DNA of 64,000 bases from Verrucomicrobiia bacterium (GTDB lineage Bacteria; Verrucomicrobiota; Verrucomicrobiia; Limisphaerales; UBA1319). The stretch covers positions 2,592,001-2,656,000 of the forward strand of contig OY760937.1 in NCBI GenBank assembly GCA_963664225.1. Reading direction: 5' to 3'. Below the pieces are notes generated by a model. It had not been told where the DNA came from and made no database searches. It was given only the letters and a program-made list of their open reading frames with translations. The position numbers were made by a program, and so were the translations under genes. Shown one piece after another: positions 31,612-41,810 of the stretch. Positions within the stretch are counted from its first letter, which is position 1; each line of letters opens with the position of its first letter.

Positions 31612-32895
31612 TTATTTGAGGCCGTCGTAAATCTGGACCATGTCACGCGCCATGCGGTCGATGTCGAAGATTTCGCGCCCGGTTTTCAGGGCGGCTTCGC
31701 GCAGCCCCATGTAACGCTGCGGATGAAGCAGCAGGGACTCGATGGTGTCGGCCAGGGCGTTGGGTTTTTTGGTTTCGCAGAGCACGCCGGCGCGAGTGGC
31801 TTCGATCAATTCCGGGAAGGATCCCTGGCGGGGCAGGACGACTGGCACGCCTGAGGCCATGGCTTCGGGCACGTACAACCCGAAGGCCTCGGGATGCTTG
31901 GTGGGCATGCAAAGCAGGGAAAGGGAACGGTAAAAGTCCTGTTTGGCGGCGCGATCCGGATTGGGAAAAAAGCGGGTATCCTGCATGGCGGTGGCGCGAC
32001 GCAGACGCATTTGGACGGAATCGACAAAAGGCTGGTCCGAAGGCCCCAGACTCCCGCCAACGAGCAAACGCAGGTCAGGCAGGCTGTTCCTCATCTTGAG
32101 GACCAGAAAGGCTTCCACGAGAAAATCCAGGCCCTTTTCGGGGCACATGCGGGCAAAAAATCCGATGGCGGGAGGTGTGGGCGGCTCCTTGGCGGGACCA
32201 AAGCCCGCGAGGTTAATGCCATTGAACACGACCTTGACCTGACGATCAGGCAGGTTGAGGCGTTTCTTCATCAACTCAGCGAAATACCGGCTTGGGGCGA
32301 TGAACAAATCGATATCGCGCGCCCGATCGGTCAACAGGTCATAGGCGCCGCGACGCTGGGCATCGGGCAGCGCGTCGAGGAAGCTGTCCTCGCCCTGGAG
32401 CGTGCAAACGACGGGAACCTTGAGTTCCTTTTTCAGCCGGCGGGCCATCCCAATCAACAGGGCGTTGGAGAGGCAAATCACGCCAATATCGGGCTGGGTT
32501 TTGAGCCAAAGGATCAATTCCTCGATCTCGCGGGCCTGGCGGCCCTCTTCGCCTCGGAGCATGGAGAGGGTCAGATCGCCGGTATCCTCGGGGCGGATTT
32601 TGACGGCGCGTCTGCCAACGCCGCGGAGCAGGCCCGGCGCGGCAAACCAGCGGCGCAGCCATTTGGGAGCATTGCGGAAAAAGGGATATTTCTGCTCAAG
32701 AAAGACGTTGATGCCGCTGAAAAACACGGGTGTGCCGGCGCTTTGATCCGGCTCCTCGAGGTTGAGGGGCAGATAAAGGGGCACCATGAGCGTATCATGA
32801 CCCGCGCGGCGCAAGGCGGCCACCAGGGCGTTGTCGCGAAAGCAACCGCCGCAGTACATGGCTCCAGCGCCCGGAGTTAGATGCACAATGGTCAT
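31612..32895 (-). CDS. glycosyltransferase family 4
   Basis: VVFNGI, ARMCPEKGL, EAFGLYVPEAMASGVPVV; start MTIVHLTPG likely (ORF extends to 32925). Confidence 0.9.
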   Translation of the reverse strand: MTIVHLTPGAGAMYCGGCFRDNALVAALRRAGHDTLMVPLYLPLNLEEPDQSAGTPVFFSGINVFLEQKYPFFRNAPKWLRRWFAAPGLLRGVGRRAVKIRPEDTGDLTLSMLRGEEGRQAREIEELILWLKTQPDIGVICLSNALLIGMARRLKKELKVPVVCTLQGEDSFLDALPDAQRRGAYDLLTDRARDIDLFIAPSRYFAELMKKRLNLPDRQVKVVFNGINLAGFGPAKEPPTPPAIGFFARMCPEKGLDFLVEAFLVLKMRNSLPDLRLLVGGSLGPSDQPFVDSVQMRLRRATAMQDTRFFPNPDRAAKQDFYRSLSLLCMPTKHPEAFGLYVPEAMASGVPVVLPRQGSFPELIEATRAGVLCETKKPNALADTIESLLLHPQRYMGLREAALKTGREIFDIDRMARDMVQIYDGLK

Positions 32896-33102
32896 TTGTG
32901 GCATGACAGGGAGGGATGAATGCAACCCGTCATGAAACCGTTACGCAAATAGAATTGCCAAATTTAATGGAAAGCGCAAGAGCCGCGGCGGGAAATAAGT
33001 GAAAAAACGCACTGCGATCCACGCCAATCGCGTCCCGCGCCCCATGCCATGGGAGAGCGGGACACCCAAACTTCAATGCGCTGAATGGATTTGGACCAAC
33101 GA

Positions 33103-36100
33103 TCAAGGCAGGCGCGTCACGCGGTAGAACCGGGCCTGTCCCGCAGGCGGCAGGTCCGTGCAGGCCGCGCTGGCATTGGTGGCCGTAACGACGGAGCCCA
33201 GATCGGTCCAGGCGCCCGGCGTGAGCTGATCGGCAGCCTGCACCTGGTATCGGCCACCTGCCTGGGAGGCCCAGCTCAGGGCGACGTTTTGTCCGGGACG
33301 GGCGGCAATGCTCAAAATGCGCAATTCGACGGGCGGATCGACGATGAGGAAACTCAGGGTCGTAGTGGCGCTGCGAACCGGCAGGCCATTGTCGATTACG
33401 CGGATTACGGCCGGATAAAGCCCCGCAGGCAGCGAGACTGGCGGTGTCCATGTAAAGATGCCGCTGACGGGATCGACGACTGCTCCCGCCGGAGCGCCCG
33501 GAGCGAGGCTGAAGCGGAGGATTTGGCCGGGATCGGGATCGGTGGCGACGATGGGGTATTCCAACGGTTCACCGCGAACGATCTCCTGTAGGCCGCTGTA
33601 ATCGCTGATGACCGGCGGCTGGTTTGTGCCCGCAACAGGGACAATGCTTTGATCGAAGTTAATGCCGAAGCCAGAAAGGCGCAGGACGAGACTGGCGGCG
33701 TTGGTCCCAGGGAGGCACCAGAAGCTCAAGGTGTAGGGCGCGCCGGTCGTTAATCCGGGGACCATGGTTTGAAAGATGGAGGAGCCTCTGGTGGTTCCGC
33801 CGACGGAATCGACCACATGCAGGCTCGAATGACCCGAGTGAGCCACGTTGGTGACGATGGATGAATCGATGAGATTGGGCGAGACGGTCCATGGCCCGGT
33901 CAAGTCGGATTCGAAATCGCCGTTGACCAGAAGGTTGGCTCCCACTCCGGCCTCGCTCCCGCTGACGATTTGGAGGTCGTCAAGGTAGAGTTCACCGGGG
34001 GCGGTCAGATAGATATACAATACGGAACTGCTGCCCGTGCCTGTGTAGGTGAAGTAAGTCCAGGCGGGAAGGTCGTTAACAATGACCGTGAATGCCCGCT
34101 GGTCGGACAGAGCCGGAGAGCCGTTGTCGGTGACGCGCACCAGGATTGTGTTGGTGCCCGGGATTTGATCGGGGGCGGGCGTCCAGTGAAGCGCGCCCGT
34201 GGTGGCATCGAGGGTCATGCCTGCAGGGGCGCCGGACACCAACTCATATTGGAGCTTGTTGGCCGGAACATCCGCGTCCGAGGCGGTGACATCAAGGTTG
34301 AGGGCCTGGCCGCGCGACAGGCTTTGGTCGGGAATGGAATCGAGAACGGGCGCGGTGTTGACCTCGCGAACCACGACCAGAAAGGTGCGCGCGTCACTGC
34401 GGGGAGGCAGGCCATTGTCGGCCACACGAACGGTTACGGTGTTGGTGTATGGACCCTGGATTTCATTGGGTATCCAGCGCAGAACTCCGGTGACGGGATC
34501 GATGGCCATTCCGGCGGGCGAGCCACCATCGAGGCTGTAGGCGAGCGTCTGACCGGGATCGGCATCGGTCGCCGACACCACCAGGCGCAGGATGGTGATT
34601 TCGTCCATGTATTGGTCGGCAATGGGAGCGAGCACGGGCGCGTGATTCAATTTGCTGGCGATGACACGGAAGACCTGGCTGGCGCTGAGCGGAGGCTGGC
34701 CGTTGTCAGCTACACGCACGGTGATGGTATTTGTGGAGGGAATATCGCTGGCGGCGGGAGTCCAGGTCAGAAGACCGGTGGAGGAATCGATCCGCATCGC
34801 GGCAGGCGCGCCAGCATCCAGACCGAACGTGAGCCCCTGGGCCGGGAGGTCGTCATCGGTGACGACGACCTGGAAGGAAAGGGTTTCCCCTTCCATGACA
34901 CTCAAATCGGCCGAGGGCTGGATGCGCGGCGCGGTGTTCACCTCATTCACGATGACATGAAAGGTGCGAACATCGCTCATCGCGGGGGCGCCATTGTCGG
35001 TGACGCGCACGGTGATGTCGTAGGCGCCCGGTCCTTGAATCTCTGAAGGGGTCCACGAAAAGGCCCCGGTCACGGCGTCCAGGGAAGCGCCCGGCGGTTT
35101 GGCGTCCAATGAGTACGTGAGCGTTTGCGCGGGCCGGTCGGCGTCCGTGGCCGCGAGGTTCAGGCTCAGGGTCTGACCTTCGCTGATGGTTTGATCGACA
35201 ATGGAGGGGAGCACCGGCGGAGTGTTGACCTCGTTGACCGTGACGGTAACGCGCTTTTGAGCGGTCAACGGCGGAGCGCCATCATCGGTCGCCCGAACGC
35301 TGATCGAATAAACGCCCGGCCCCTGGAGTTCCGAAGGGGTCCAGGAAAAAACACCGGTGACCGGGTCGATCATCGCTCCTACAGGCGCGCTGCCCAAGCT
35401 GAAGGTCAGGGTCTGGTTGGTGTCCAGATCGGATGCCGTGGCCGTGAATTTGAGAGATTCAAGTTCGTTGACGACGGCGTTCGAGAGGACCGTGAGGACG
35501 GGAGGACGATTGCTCGACGAAACGCGGTTGGGCGCGTCGGGTGTGGGATTCTCCATGAAGAAGAATGGTTCGGCGGCGCCATCGGGCCAACGGCCCTGGC
35601 TGACATCGTTTGTTTGCGGCTCGAAGACGACCATGTCCACCAGGCCGCCGTTCGGATCGAACAGCCCAATGGATTCGCCCGACTGGCTGAGCTTGAAGTT
35701 TGTGTGGATCGCCCGATTGGTGGGGCTATTTTGATTCGCGTCGTTATCGGCCCAGACCAGCAGGAAATCCCCGGCCGCGATCGTGGTGCCCGTAGGGATG
35801 ACGAACTGGGTGGTGTTGGTGGGGGTATCGGTCAACGTATAGCCGCCGAGATCCACGATTTCAGACCCGGCATTGTAGAGCTCGAACCAATCGTCGTAGG
35901 GATTACTGGTTAACGGATTGTTCGCGGGATCGGCCAGGGTGCGGGTATTGGAGGCCATCCATTCGTTGATGAACACCTGGATGGGCTGGAAGGCCGGATT
36001 GTTCGTCGCCCCCGGGGTTGGAAATTGGAACCCCTGGTGGCTGAAGGGCTGACCGTCGGGATAGTCGCCATAGGAACGGCCGGCGCCGACGGTGCGATAA

Positions 36101-39100
36101 TTGAGGTAATCGCAAATCACGGGTTGCTGCTGGCTAGTGAACTGGGATAGAACGACAGTTCCGGCTGCGGGAGCGATTCGGAAACCGGCATGGATTTCGT
36201 TTGCGGTGGTTTCCTGGGTATTGCCGTCGGCCCAGACGAGCAAGAAGGTGTTTCCACCCATCGTCGTCCCGGCTGGAAACGACCATTGGCCGGGGTTGGA
36301 GAAATTGGTGCCCAAGTACAGGCCGGCAAGGCTGACCGCATTTGTGCCGGGGTTGTATAGCTCAATCCATGGTTCGCGGTGGCCCGCGGCGTCCACAGGC
36401 CCAGCCACATTCTCGGGCTGAACTTCATTGATCCACACCGGAGGGAATGCAGGCAGGGAGGCGCGCACGGAGTTGACCACGCCGGGGGTGAACCTGACTG
36501 CGGCATTGGTGGCGGTGCAGGCCCAATTTCCAACGCGCGACCGGTCCCGGGCGGGATCGATCAATTGAAGCGAAGGTCCCTGACCATCGGCGACCACCGG
36601 CCAGGGGGCCGAGTCGTGGTATTCGACCTCATCGACGACAAAATCCGAAGAGGGGTCGGCACCGGGAATCACCAGGCGCAGATGCTCGCCGCCGTGGCTC
36701 AACTGGCCCGTGTAACCGGCGGCCACCGGGATGGACGCGCCATAGGCCGATGCGAATTGCACCGCGTCCTGCGCCAAAACCAGATACCGGCCCGGCTCGA
36801 TCAGCAGGCCGTCCGGGAAGGTGAAGCCCAGGCCGTCAAACCGCCAGCGCGAAAGGTCGAAGGTGGTGGTGGTGGAACGATTATAGAGCTCCACATATTC
36901 CGCGCCCGTGATCACCGGGTGATACATGATTTCGTTGATGACCAGGTTATCCTGCGGCAAATCCGCGACGCCGGTGTAATTGATTGTGAGGCTGGCCGTG
37001 GCGCCTGTGAAGAGAGCGCCGGAACGATCGTAACCACGGACCACCAGGGGGTTGGCCCCCGCCTGCAAGGCGACGCGCGCCGACCAGGCGGTTGCCGTGG
37101 TCCAGGTCAGTGGATAGGCCACTCCATTGATCGTGATCTGTCGAACGTCCAGGGGGGCCAGGCCTGTGATGGTGACCAAACCGGCATTGGTGGAAAAGTT
37201 CTGACCGTTGTTGATCGAGAGTCTGAACCCGACCAGGTTGTTGTTCAGGACCGTCAGCAGGTATTGCCGACGCTGTTCGAGCCGGGTTTTGGCATCCGTG
37301 GTATCGCCGACGGCGATGCCGTTGGCCAGAAGGCCCGCGTAAGTGCCGTCGAGAATGGTGCCCACGGTTTTAGGCAGCATGGGGCCGGTGGCGGCATCCT
37401 GTATGGCCTGCAAATAAATCCGGCGGAAGGACGGTGTGGAATAAATGCGGGTCATGACGGGATCGCTGACATCGAAAACATCCTGGTTGGGATCCTGCAA
37501 CAGGAAGTCGATATCCCAGGGGAGCATGATCCATTTACCGGCGGTCGGCTTGTAGGTGTACATGTTCTTGCCCCGGCGGAAACCGTAGCTGTCCCAGTTG
37601 ACCATGATATGTTCGACGGCGAAGACGCGCATCCACTGGTTGACATCCACCAGGGAATCGAAGTTGCGAACGAACGCGTTGTAATCGACGGTGTTGGCAG
37701 CATCCACCAGATTGAAAACGCTTTGGTAATCGTTGGCCGAACTGTTCACGGCCCGTTTTTTCCAGTGCCACCGATAGCGGGCGGTTTTTTTGACACCGCC
37801 GGTGGTGGTGAAGTTTTCCATGGTGGCCGCGGTGTCCCCGTTGTCGCGGGCGAATCCGCTGCCCGCATCGTCGAACTCGAAACCATCGTCCAATTTATAG
37901 AGGTCCCCGTTATTATCCTTGGGAGCGACTTCGTCGATCACATCGCCGCCGGGTTGGAGGCAGTCCTCGTAGATCGTGCCGCGGCGGTTGCCATTGACGA
38001 AAAGATTGATGTAGCGGCGGTAACACCCGTGGGTACCCAATTGCTCCGCCAGCCAGAAGGCGATGTGCTCGAGCTGTCCGGAGACATCGACTTCGAATTT
38101 TGGCCAATCGAGGGTAAACCCGGTCGTGTTCAGGCAGGGATTATCCTCGGGGAATTCAAAGACGTAACCACAGGCGCCGCCAATCGGACCGGAATAACCT
38201 GGGGAAATGAAGGGGCTGCCGCCGTAGAGGGAGCCGACATTATAAATCACGCGGCTGTCGCCATAGACAAAGGTGGCGTCGATGGGCGCGTTATTGAGTT
38301 TTTCACGGTTGGTCCAGAGTTGAACGGCTTTTTGGGTCAGCCACAAATGGTAATTGCCCAAGTTACCGATGGGCTTGGGTTCCGCGAAGCGCACGAGGCA
38401 CTCACGCGCGGGAGCTCCGGCGGGGAAGACGGATTGGAGCGGTGTGGCGGCGGCATCGGTGGCCTGGATGTAAAAGGCGTCGAGCAGGGTGCTGGATTGC
38501 ACAGGAATGACGGCGCTGTAATAGCCCGCCCCGTTGTAAGCCATATTCACGATGGTGTAATTGGTGGCGGGGTCCACACGGTATTTGAGGACCAGGCTGG
38601 CCAGCCCATCGGGGTCGGACACGCGGGCCCGGACGGTGACGTTCTGGCCGAGAGTGGGCAGCACGGGGCTGTGGGAGACATCGAAAATGGCGGGGCCGGA
38701 ATTGGGCGCGGCGCAGGAGTTGCGCGCTCCGGGGGTTCCGGGATTGGGGGGAACCACGAGACTGCCGGAGGCTTCGAGCCAGTTGCCACGCAAACGCAGC
38801 AGCACCTCGGGCCAGCCTTTGAGCCAGCGCACTTTGGCGCGGAGGGTGGCGGTGTCGCCGGGATTGAGTCCGGTCTGAAGGGCGACCCGGATGCGGTTGG
38901 CGCCGGGATCGCCGCGACCTTCGGCGCGAACATGCAGGCATCCGCTGTTGTTGACGCCGCCGGTGGGTTGCCATGTTGTGGCGCCATGGTTGCCCTGGGC
39001 AACCCAGCCTGCCATGCCGGAAGTGAACGAGGGATTGGCAACCAGATTGACGCCCTGTTTGAGGACCTCGACATCGTCCACGAGGCATTCCCCGGCATCC

Positions 39101-41754
39101 TGAAGAAGAACCTGAAGCTGGGGACCGTAGGCATTGACACCGAGATCGAGCACGCCGGTCCATTCCACGGTGGTCCAGGCGCTTTTGGCTGTTTCATCGC
39201 TCGCGGCCCAATTTACGCCGCGCTGGCGATCGGCGCGCGGGTCGATCAATTCGAGGCTGCTTCCGCCGCCATTGGCCCACTCCGGCCAGGCCCCGCCTTT
39301 TTCGAAATTGACTTCGTCCACCACGACATCGATCCAGTTGGTGGTGACCACCGCGCTGGCGTTGGTGGAAAGAACCGGTTCCGGACGCGCCAGGGCAATG
39401 TGGCGGCCTTTGGCCAGGGAACCCTGAAAATCGCCAAAGGTGATCGCCGGGGTAAGGTTGGGGTAGTTGGTCAGGAAATGGGTGACGTTGCGGCAGACCA
39501 CGAAATATCCGCCCGCAGGGATCGCGCTGCCGGCCGGGAAGGTGTATTTGAGGCCATCCGCAAAGGTCCAACCGCTCAAATCGACTGCGGTCTGGCCCTG
39601 GTTGTAAAGCTCCACATACTGGTCGTTGTCGTCCTGCGTCACGGGCTTATACATGATCTCATTGATCACGATGGGCTGGAACAGGCGGTCGGCATTATTA
39701 CTTCCGGGCGTCGGGGCGGCCAGGGCGCGAAACTCCGGCGCACCGTCGGGTTGCCGTCCCATGGAAATCCCCAGCGCCTGCGGCCCGAACCGTTCGGCCT
39801 GCAGAACCCGCGTTCCGGTCGGGTTGATAAAGTATATGGTCTCGCCGGAGGAACTGAGGCCAAAACCCAACTGCGCTTCGCTGAAGGTAAGAAAGCCCAG
39901 GGCGGGAATCACCGTTCCCGCAGGAAGGACGCATTTATTCGTGGCCGGATTATCGGTCAGGACACAGCCGGCAATATCCACCGCCTGGGTGGAATAATTA
40001 TAAAGCTCGATGAAATCGGTCTGGCTGGCGGTGGTATGGGCGAGAAATTCGTTGATGAGCACCGTGCGATAAATGGGATCGGCGGCAGGATCGGCTACTC
40101 CCGGCGAACCACCGACATTCTCACTGGCCGCCCAGGCCATGGGATTGCCCTCACCGTAGCTGGGCCGGGCCAGGACAAGAGAGTGCCCCGCCCCATCCGC
40201 CGAGGCCGGGAACGGCGGCTGGCTGGTGTATGAGGCATCGTAAATGAGATCGCCATTGGGTTTTACCAGGCGGACCTTGCCCGACGCGTTGGAGAGGTTG
40301 TTGGTGAATCCGCCCAGCACATTGGCGATGCCATAAACGGCCTTGATGTCGGCTGGAACCGGCGCCACGACGAGGAACGCGCGTTTGGCGAGGATGGTGT
40401 TTGTGGGGAAGGTGTAATTGATGTCGCCCGTGATCTGCCAGCCGCCGATGTCCTCGCTCCAATCGAAGGTGTTGAAGATTTCGATGTATTCGAGGTTGCG
40501 GGCATCGGCGCGCGCGGCGGGATGATACATGATCTCTGAAACGACCACGCCCCAGCGGCGATTGGAGGGCCCCAACGGTTCCGAGTTCCGGGTGACCAGA
40601 CTGATGGGCAGCGGGACGACGGATTGTTGAAAGGTCGCTTTGGATCCGGCGGCAATGGTGTTGGGCGAGGACGCGCGGTCGCGGATTCCGCTGACGGTCA
40701 GGGTATAAAGAAGGCCGCTCGCGATGGGCGTGGTCTGGAGAACCACCGAAGAGGTGTCGCCGGCGAATTGGGCGCTTACCACGCCGGCCCCATTATCCAG
40801 GACATAATGCGAAGCATCCAGAGCGGTGACGGGATCGACCGGTTCGGTGAACACCACGGTGACCGTGGTGCTTCCGCCCGGGATGGAAATAGCGCTGATG
40901 GCCGGCGGAGTGGCATCCGGCAACACGGAAAGCACCGCTTCACTGCTGTTGGTAAAACCCTGGGCGTTGGAGACAACACAACTGAATCGGCGGCCATTGT
41001 CCGCCATGGTGACCGGTCCAAAGGTCAGGGTGCTGTTGGTGGCTCCGGGAAAGATTGTGCCATTCGTGCTCCATTGATAAACGGCGGCAAAGCCCTGGCT
41101 GACCTGGAGACTGAAACTGGCCAGCCCCCCTTCCGCGACCTTGACGTCCTGGGGTTGGGTCGTGATCTGGGGTGCGCCAAGGCCATACACCAGAAGCCTG
41201 GAGGCGGGAATGGGTTCTTCCATGGTGCCATCAGGCAATTGCCAGCGCACCGCCAGGTAATCATCGCCGCCGCCCTCCTTCATCAGGGCCTCGATATAAT
41301 ACTTCTTTCCGGCTGTGAGCGTCACAGGTGCGGATTGCTGGTTGGCCTCGACAAACCAGGAGCGCGATGGCGTCCAGCCATTAACCCAGGCGATTGCGCT
41401 TCGGGTGGCCGGGGTGGCGTCCGTGCCCAAATACAGACCGGAGGCGTCGTCGCTCGAAATCCAGAAAACATAATTGCCGGTGGTGGGCGGGATGATCAGG
41501 GCGCGCATGCGCTGTCCGTAGGCTTCCGCGATATTGGCCGGCGCCTCGAAATAGTCGGAGACCACGTTCTGGCTGGAGGGGGAATTTGGAAAGGCGGGAT
41601 TGTTGGTCAGATCGGCCAACGTGCCGCCATCGATGCCCTCATAGACCTCCCGCAACAGGCCGTTCATGGGGGTCTGGGCGCTGGCTGTCTGGGAGCCGAC
41701 CAGCAAGGTGGTGGCACAGGCAATGGAACTGAGAATTGATTGAATGACTCGCAT
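33103..41754 (-). CDS. giant secreted multidomain protein: PA14, Ig-like, six lamin-tail domains, CBM-like, CotH kinase, six cadherin/He_PIG-like repeats, C-terminal RFYR domain
   Basis: FWISSDDAS (PA14); six [IS]NE/SE-IMY-type LTD starts; NWDSY..KNMY..W..LPWD.D (CotH); six N..PV/I...TD.D...L.F.L..P.G..ID..TG...WTP repeats. Confidence 0.9.
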   Translation of the reverse strand: MRVIQSILSSIACATTLLVGSQTASAQTPMNGLLREVYEGIDGGTLADLTNNPAFPNSPSSQNVVSDYFEAPANIAEAYGQRMRALIIPPTTGNYVFWISSDDASGLYLGTDATPATRSAIAWVNGWTPSRSWFVEANQQSAPVTLTAGKKYYIEALMKEGGGDDYLAVRWQLPDGTMEEPIPASRLLVYGLGAPQITTQPQDVKVAEGGLASFSLQVSQGFAAVYQWSTNGTIFPGATNSTLTFGPVTMADNGRRFSCVVSNAQGFTNSSEAVLSVLPDATPPAISAISIPGGSTTVTVVFTEPVDPVTALDASHYVLDNGAGVVSAQFAGDTSSVVLQTTPIASGLLYTLTVSGIRDRASSPNTIAAGSKATFQQSVVPLPISLVTRNSEPLGPSNRRWGVVVSEIMYHPAARADARNLEYIEIFNTFDWSEDIGGWQITGDINYTFPTNTILAKRAFLVVAPVPADIKAVYGIANVLGGFTNNLSNASGKVRLVKPNGDLIYDASYTSQPPFPASADGAGHSLVLARPSYGEGNPMAWAASENVGGSPGVADPAADPIYRTVLINEFLAHTTASQTDFIELYNYSTQAVDIAGCVLTDNPATNKCVLPAGTVIPALGFLTFSEAQLGFGLSSSGETIYFINPTGTRVLQAERFGPQALGISMGRQPDGAPEFRALAAPTPGSNNADRLFQPIVINEIMYKPVTQDDNDQYVELYNQGQTAVDLSGWTFADGLKYTFPAGSAIPAGGYFVVCRNVTHFLTNYPNLTPAITFGDFQGSLAKGRHIALARPEPVLSTNASAVVTTNWIDVVVDEVNFEKGGAWPEWANGGGSSLELIDPRADRQRGVNWAASDETAKSAWTTVEWTGVLDLGVNAYGPQLQVLLQDAGECLVDDVEVLKQGVNLVANPSFTSGMAGWVAQGNHGATTWQPTGGVNNSGCLHVRAEGRGDPGANRIRVALQTGLNPGDTATLRAKVRWLKGWPEVLLRLRGNWLEASGSLVVPPNPGTPGARNSCAAPNSGPAIFDVSHSPVLPTLGQNVTVRARVSDPDGLASLVLKYRVDPATNYTIVNMAYNGAGYYSAVIPVQSSTLLDAFYIQATDAAATPLQSVFPAGAPARECLVRFAEPKPIGNLGNYHLWLTQKAVQLWTNREKLNNAPIDATFVYGDSRVIYNVGSLYGGSPFISPGYSGPIGGACGYVFEFPEDNPCLNTTGFTLDWPKFEVDVSGQLEHIAFWLAEQLGTHGCYRRYINLFVNGNRRGTIYEDCLQPGGDVIDEVAPKDNNGDLYKLDDGFEFDDAGSGFARDNGDTAATMENFTTTGGVKKTARYRWHWKKRAVNSSANDYQSVFNLVDAANTVDYNAFVRNFDSLVDVNQWMRVFAVEHIMVNWDSYGFRRGKNMYTYKPTAGKWIMLPWDIDFLLQDPNQDVFDVSDPVMTRIYSTPSFRRIYLQAIQDAATGPMLPKTVGTILDGTYAGLLANGIAVGDTTDAKTRLEQRRQYLLTVLNNNLVGFRLSINNGQNFSTNAGLVTITGLAPLDVRQITINGVAYPLTWTTATAWSARVALQAGANPLVVRGYDRSGALFTGATASLTINYTGVADLPQDNLVINEIMYHPVITGAEYVELYNRSTTTTFDLSRWRFDGLGFTFPDGLLIEPGRYLVLAQDAVQFASAYGASIPVAAGYTGQLSHGGEHLRLVIPGADPSSDFVVDEVEYHDSAPWPVVADGQGPSLQLIDPARDRSRVGNWACTATNAAVRFTPGVVNSVRASLPAFPPVWINEVQPENVAGPVDAAGHREPWIELYNPGTNAVSLAGLYLGTNFSNPGQWSFPAGTTMGGNTFLLVWADGNTQETTANEIHAGFRIAPAAGTVVLSQFTSQQQPVICDYLNYRTVGAGRSYGDYPDGQPFSHQGFQFPTPGATNNPAFQPIQVFINEWMASNTRTLADPANNPLTSNPYDDWFELYNAGSEIVDLGGYTLTDTPTNTTQFVIPTGTTIAAGDFLLVWADNDANQNSPTNRAIHTNFKLSQSGESIGLFDPNGGLVDMVVFEPQTNDVSQGRWPDGAAEPFFFMENPTPDAPNRVSSSNRPPVLTVLSNAVVNELESLKFTATASDLDTNQTLTFSLGSAPVGAMIDPVTGVFSWTPSELQGPGVYSISVRATDDGAPPLTAQKRVTVTVNEVNTPPVLPSIVDQTISEGQTLSLNLAATDADRPAQTLTYSLDAKPPGASLDAVTGAFSWTPSEIQGPGAYDITVRVTDNGAPAMSDVRTFHVIVNEVNTAPRIQPSADLSVMEGETLSFQVVVTDDDLPAQGLTFGLDAGAPAAMRIDSSTGLLTWTPAASDIPSTNTITVRVADNGQPPLSASQVFRVIASKLNHAPVLAPIADQYMDEITILRLVVSATDADPGQTLAYSLDGGSPAGMAIDPVTGVLRWIPNEIQGPYTNTVTVRVADNGLPPRSDARTFLVVVREVNTAPVLDSIPDQSLSRGQALNLDVTASDADVPANKLQYELVSGAPAGMTLDATTGALHWTPAPDQIPGTNTILVRVTDNGSPALSDQRAFTVIVNDLPAWTYFTYTGTGSSSVLYIYLTAPGELYLDDLQIVSGSEAGVGANLLVNGDFESDLTGPWTVSPNLIDSSIVTNVAHSGHSSLHVVDSVGGTTRGSSIFQTMVPGLTTGAPYTLSFWCLPGTNAASLVLRLSGFGINFDQSIVPVAGTNQPPVISDYSGLQEIVRGEPLEYPIVATDPDPGQILRFSLAPGAPAGAVVDPVSGIFTWTPPVSLPAGLYPAVIRVIDNGLPVRSATTTLSFLIVDPPVELRILSIAARPGQNVALSWASQAGGRYQVQAADQLTPGAWTDLGSVVTATNASAACTDLPPAGQARFYRVTRLP

Positions 41755-41810
41755 TTCTTTCCTTAAAACGATAAATAAAATTCAAATAAGACGCTGTGGT
41801 TTTCCACAAT

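Noticed and set aside
36379..40233. 1284-aa plus-strand ORF (likewise 9947-11599, 11983-13266, 25972-27414)
   Set aside because: Antisense shadows of well-supported genes, with no motifs of their own.
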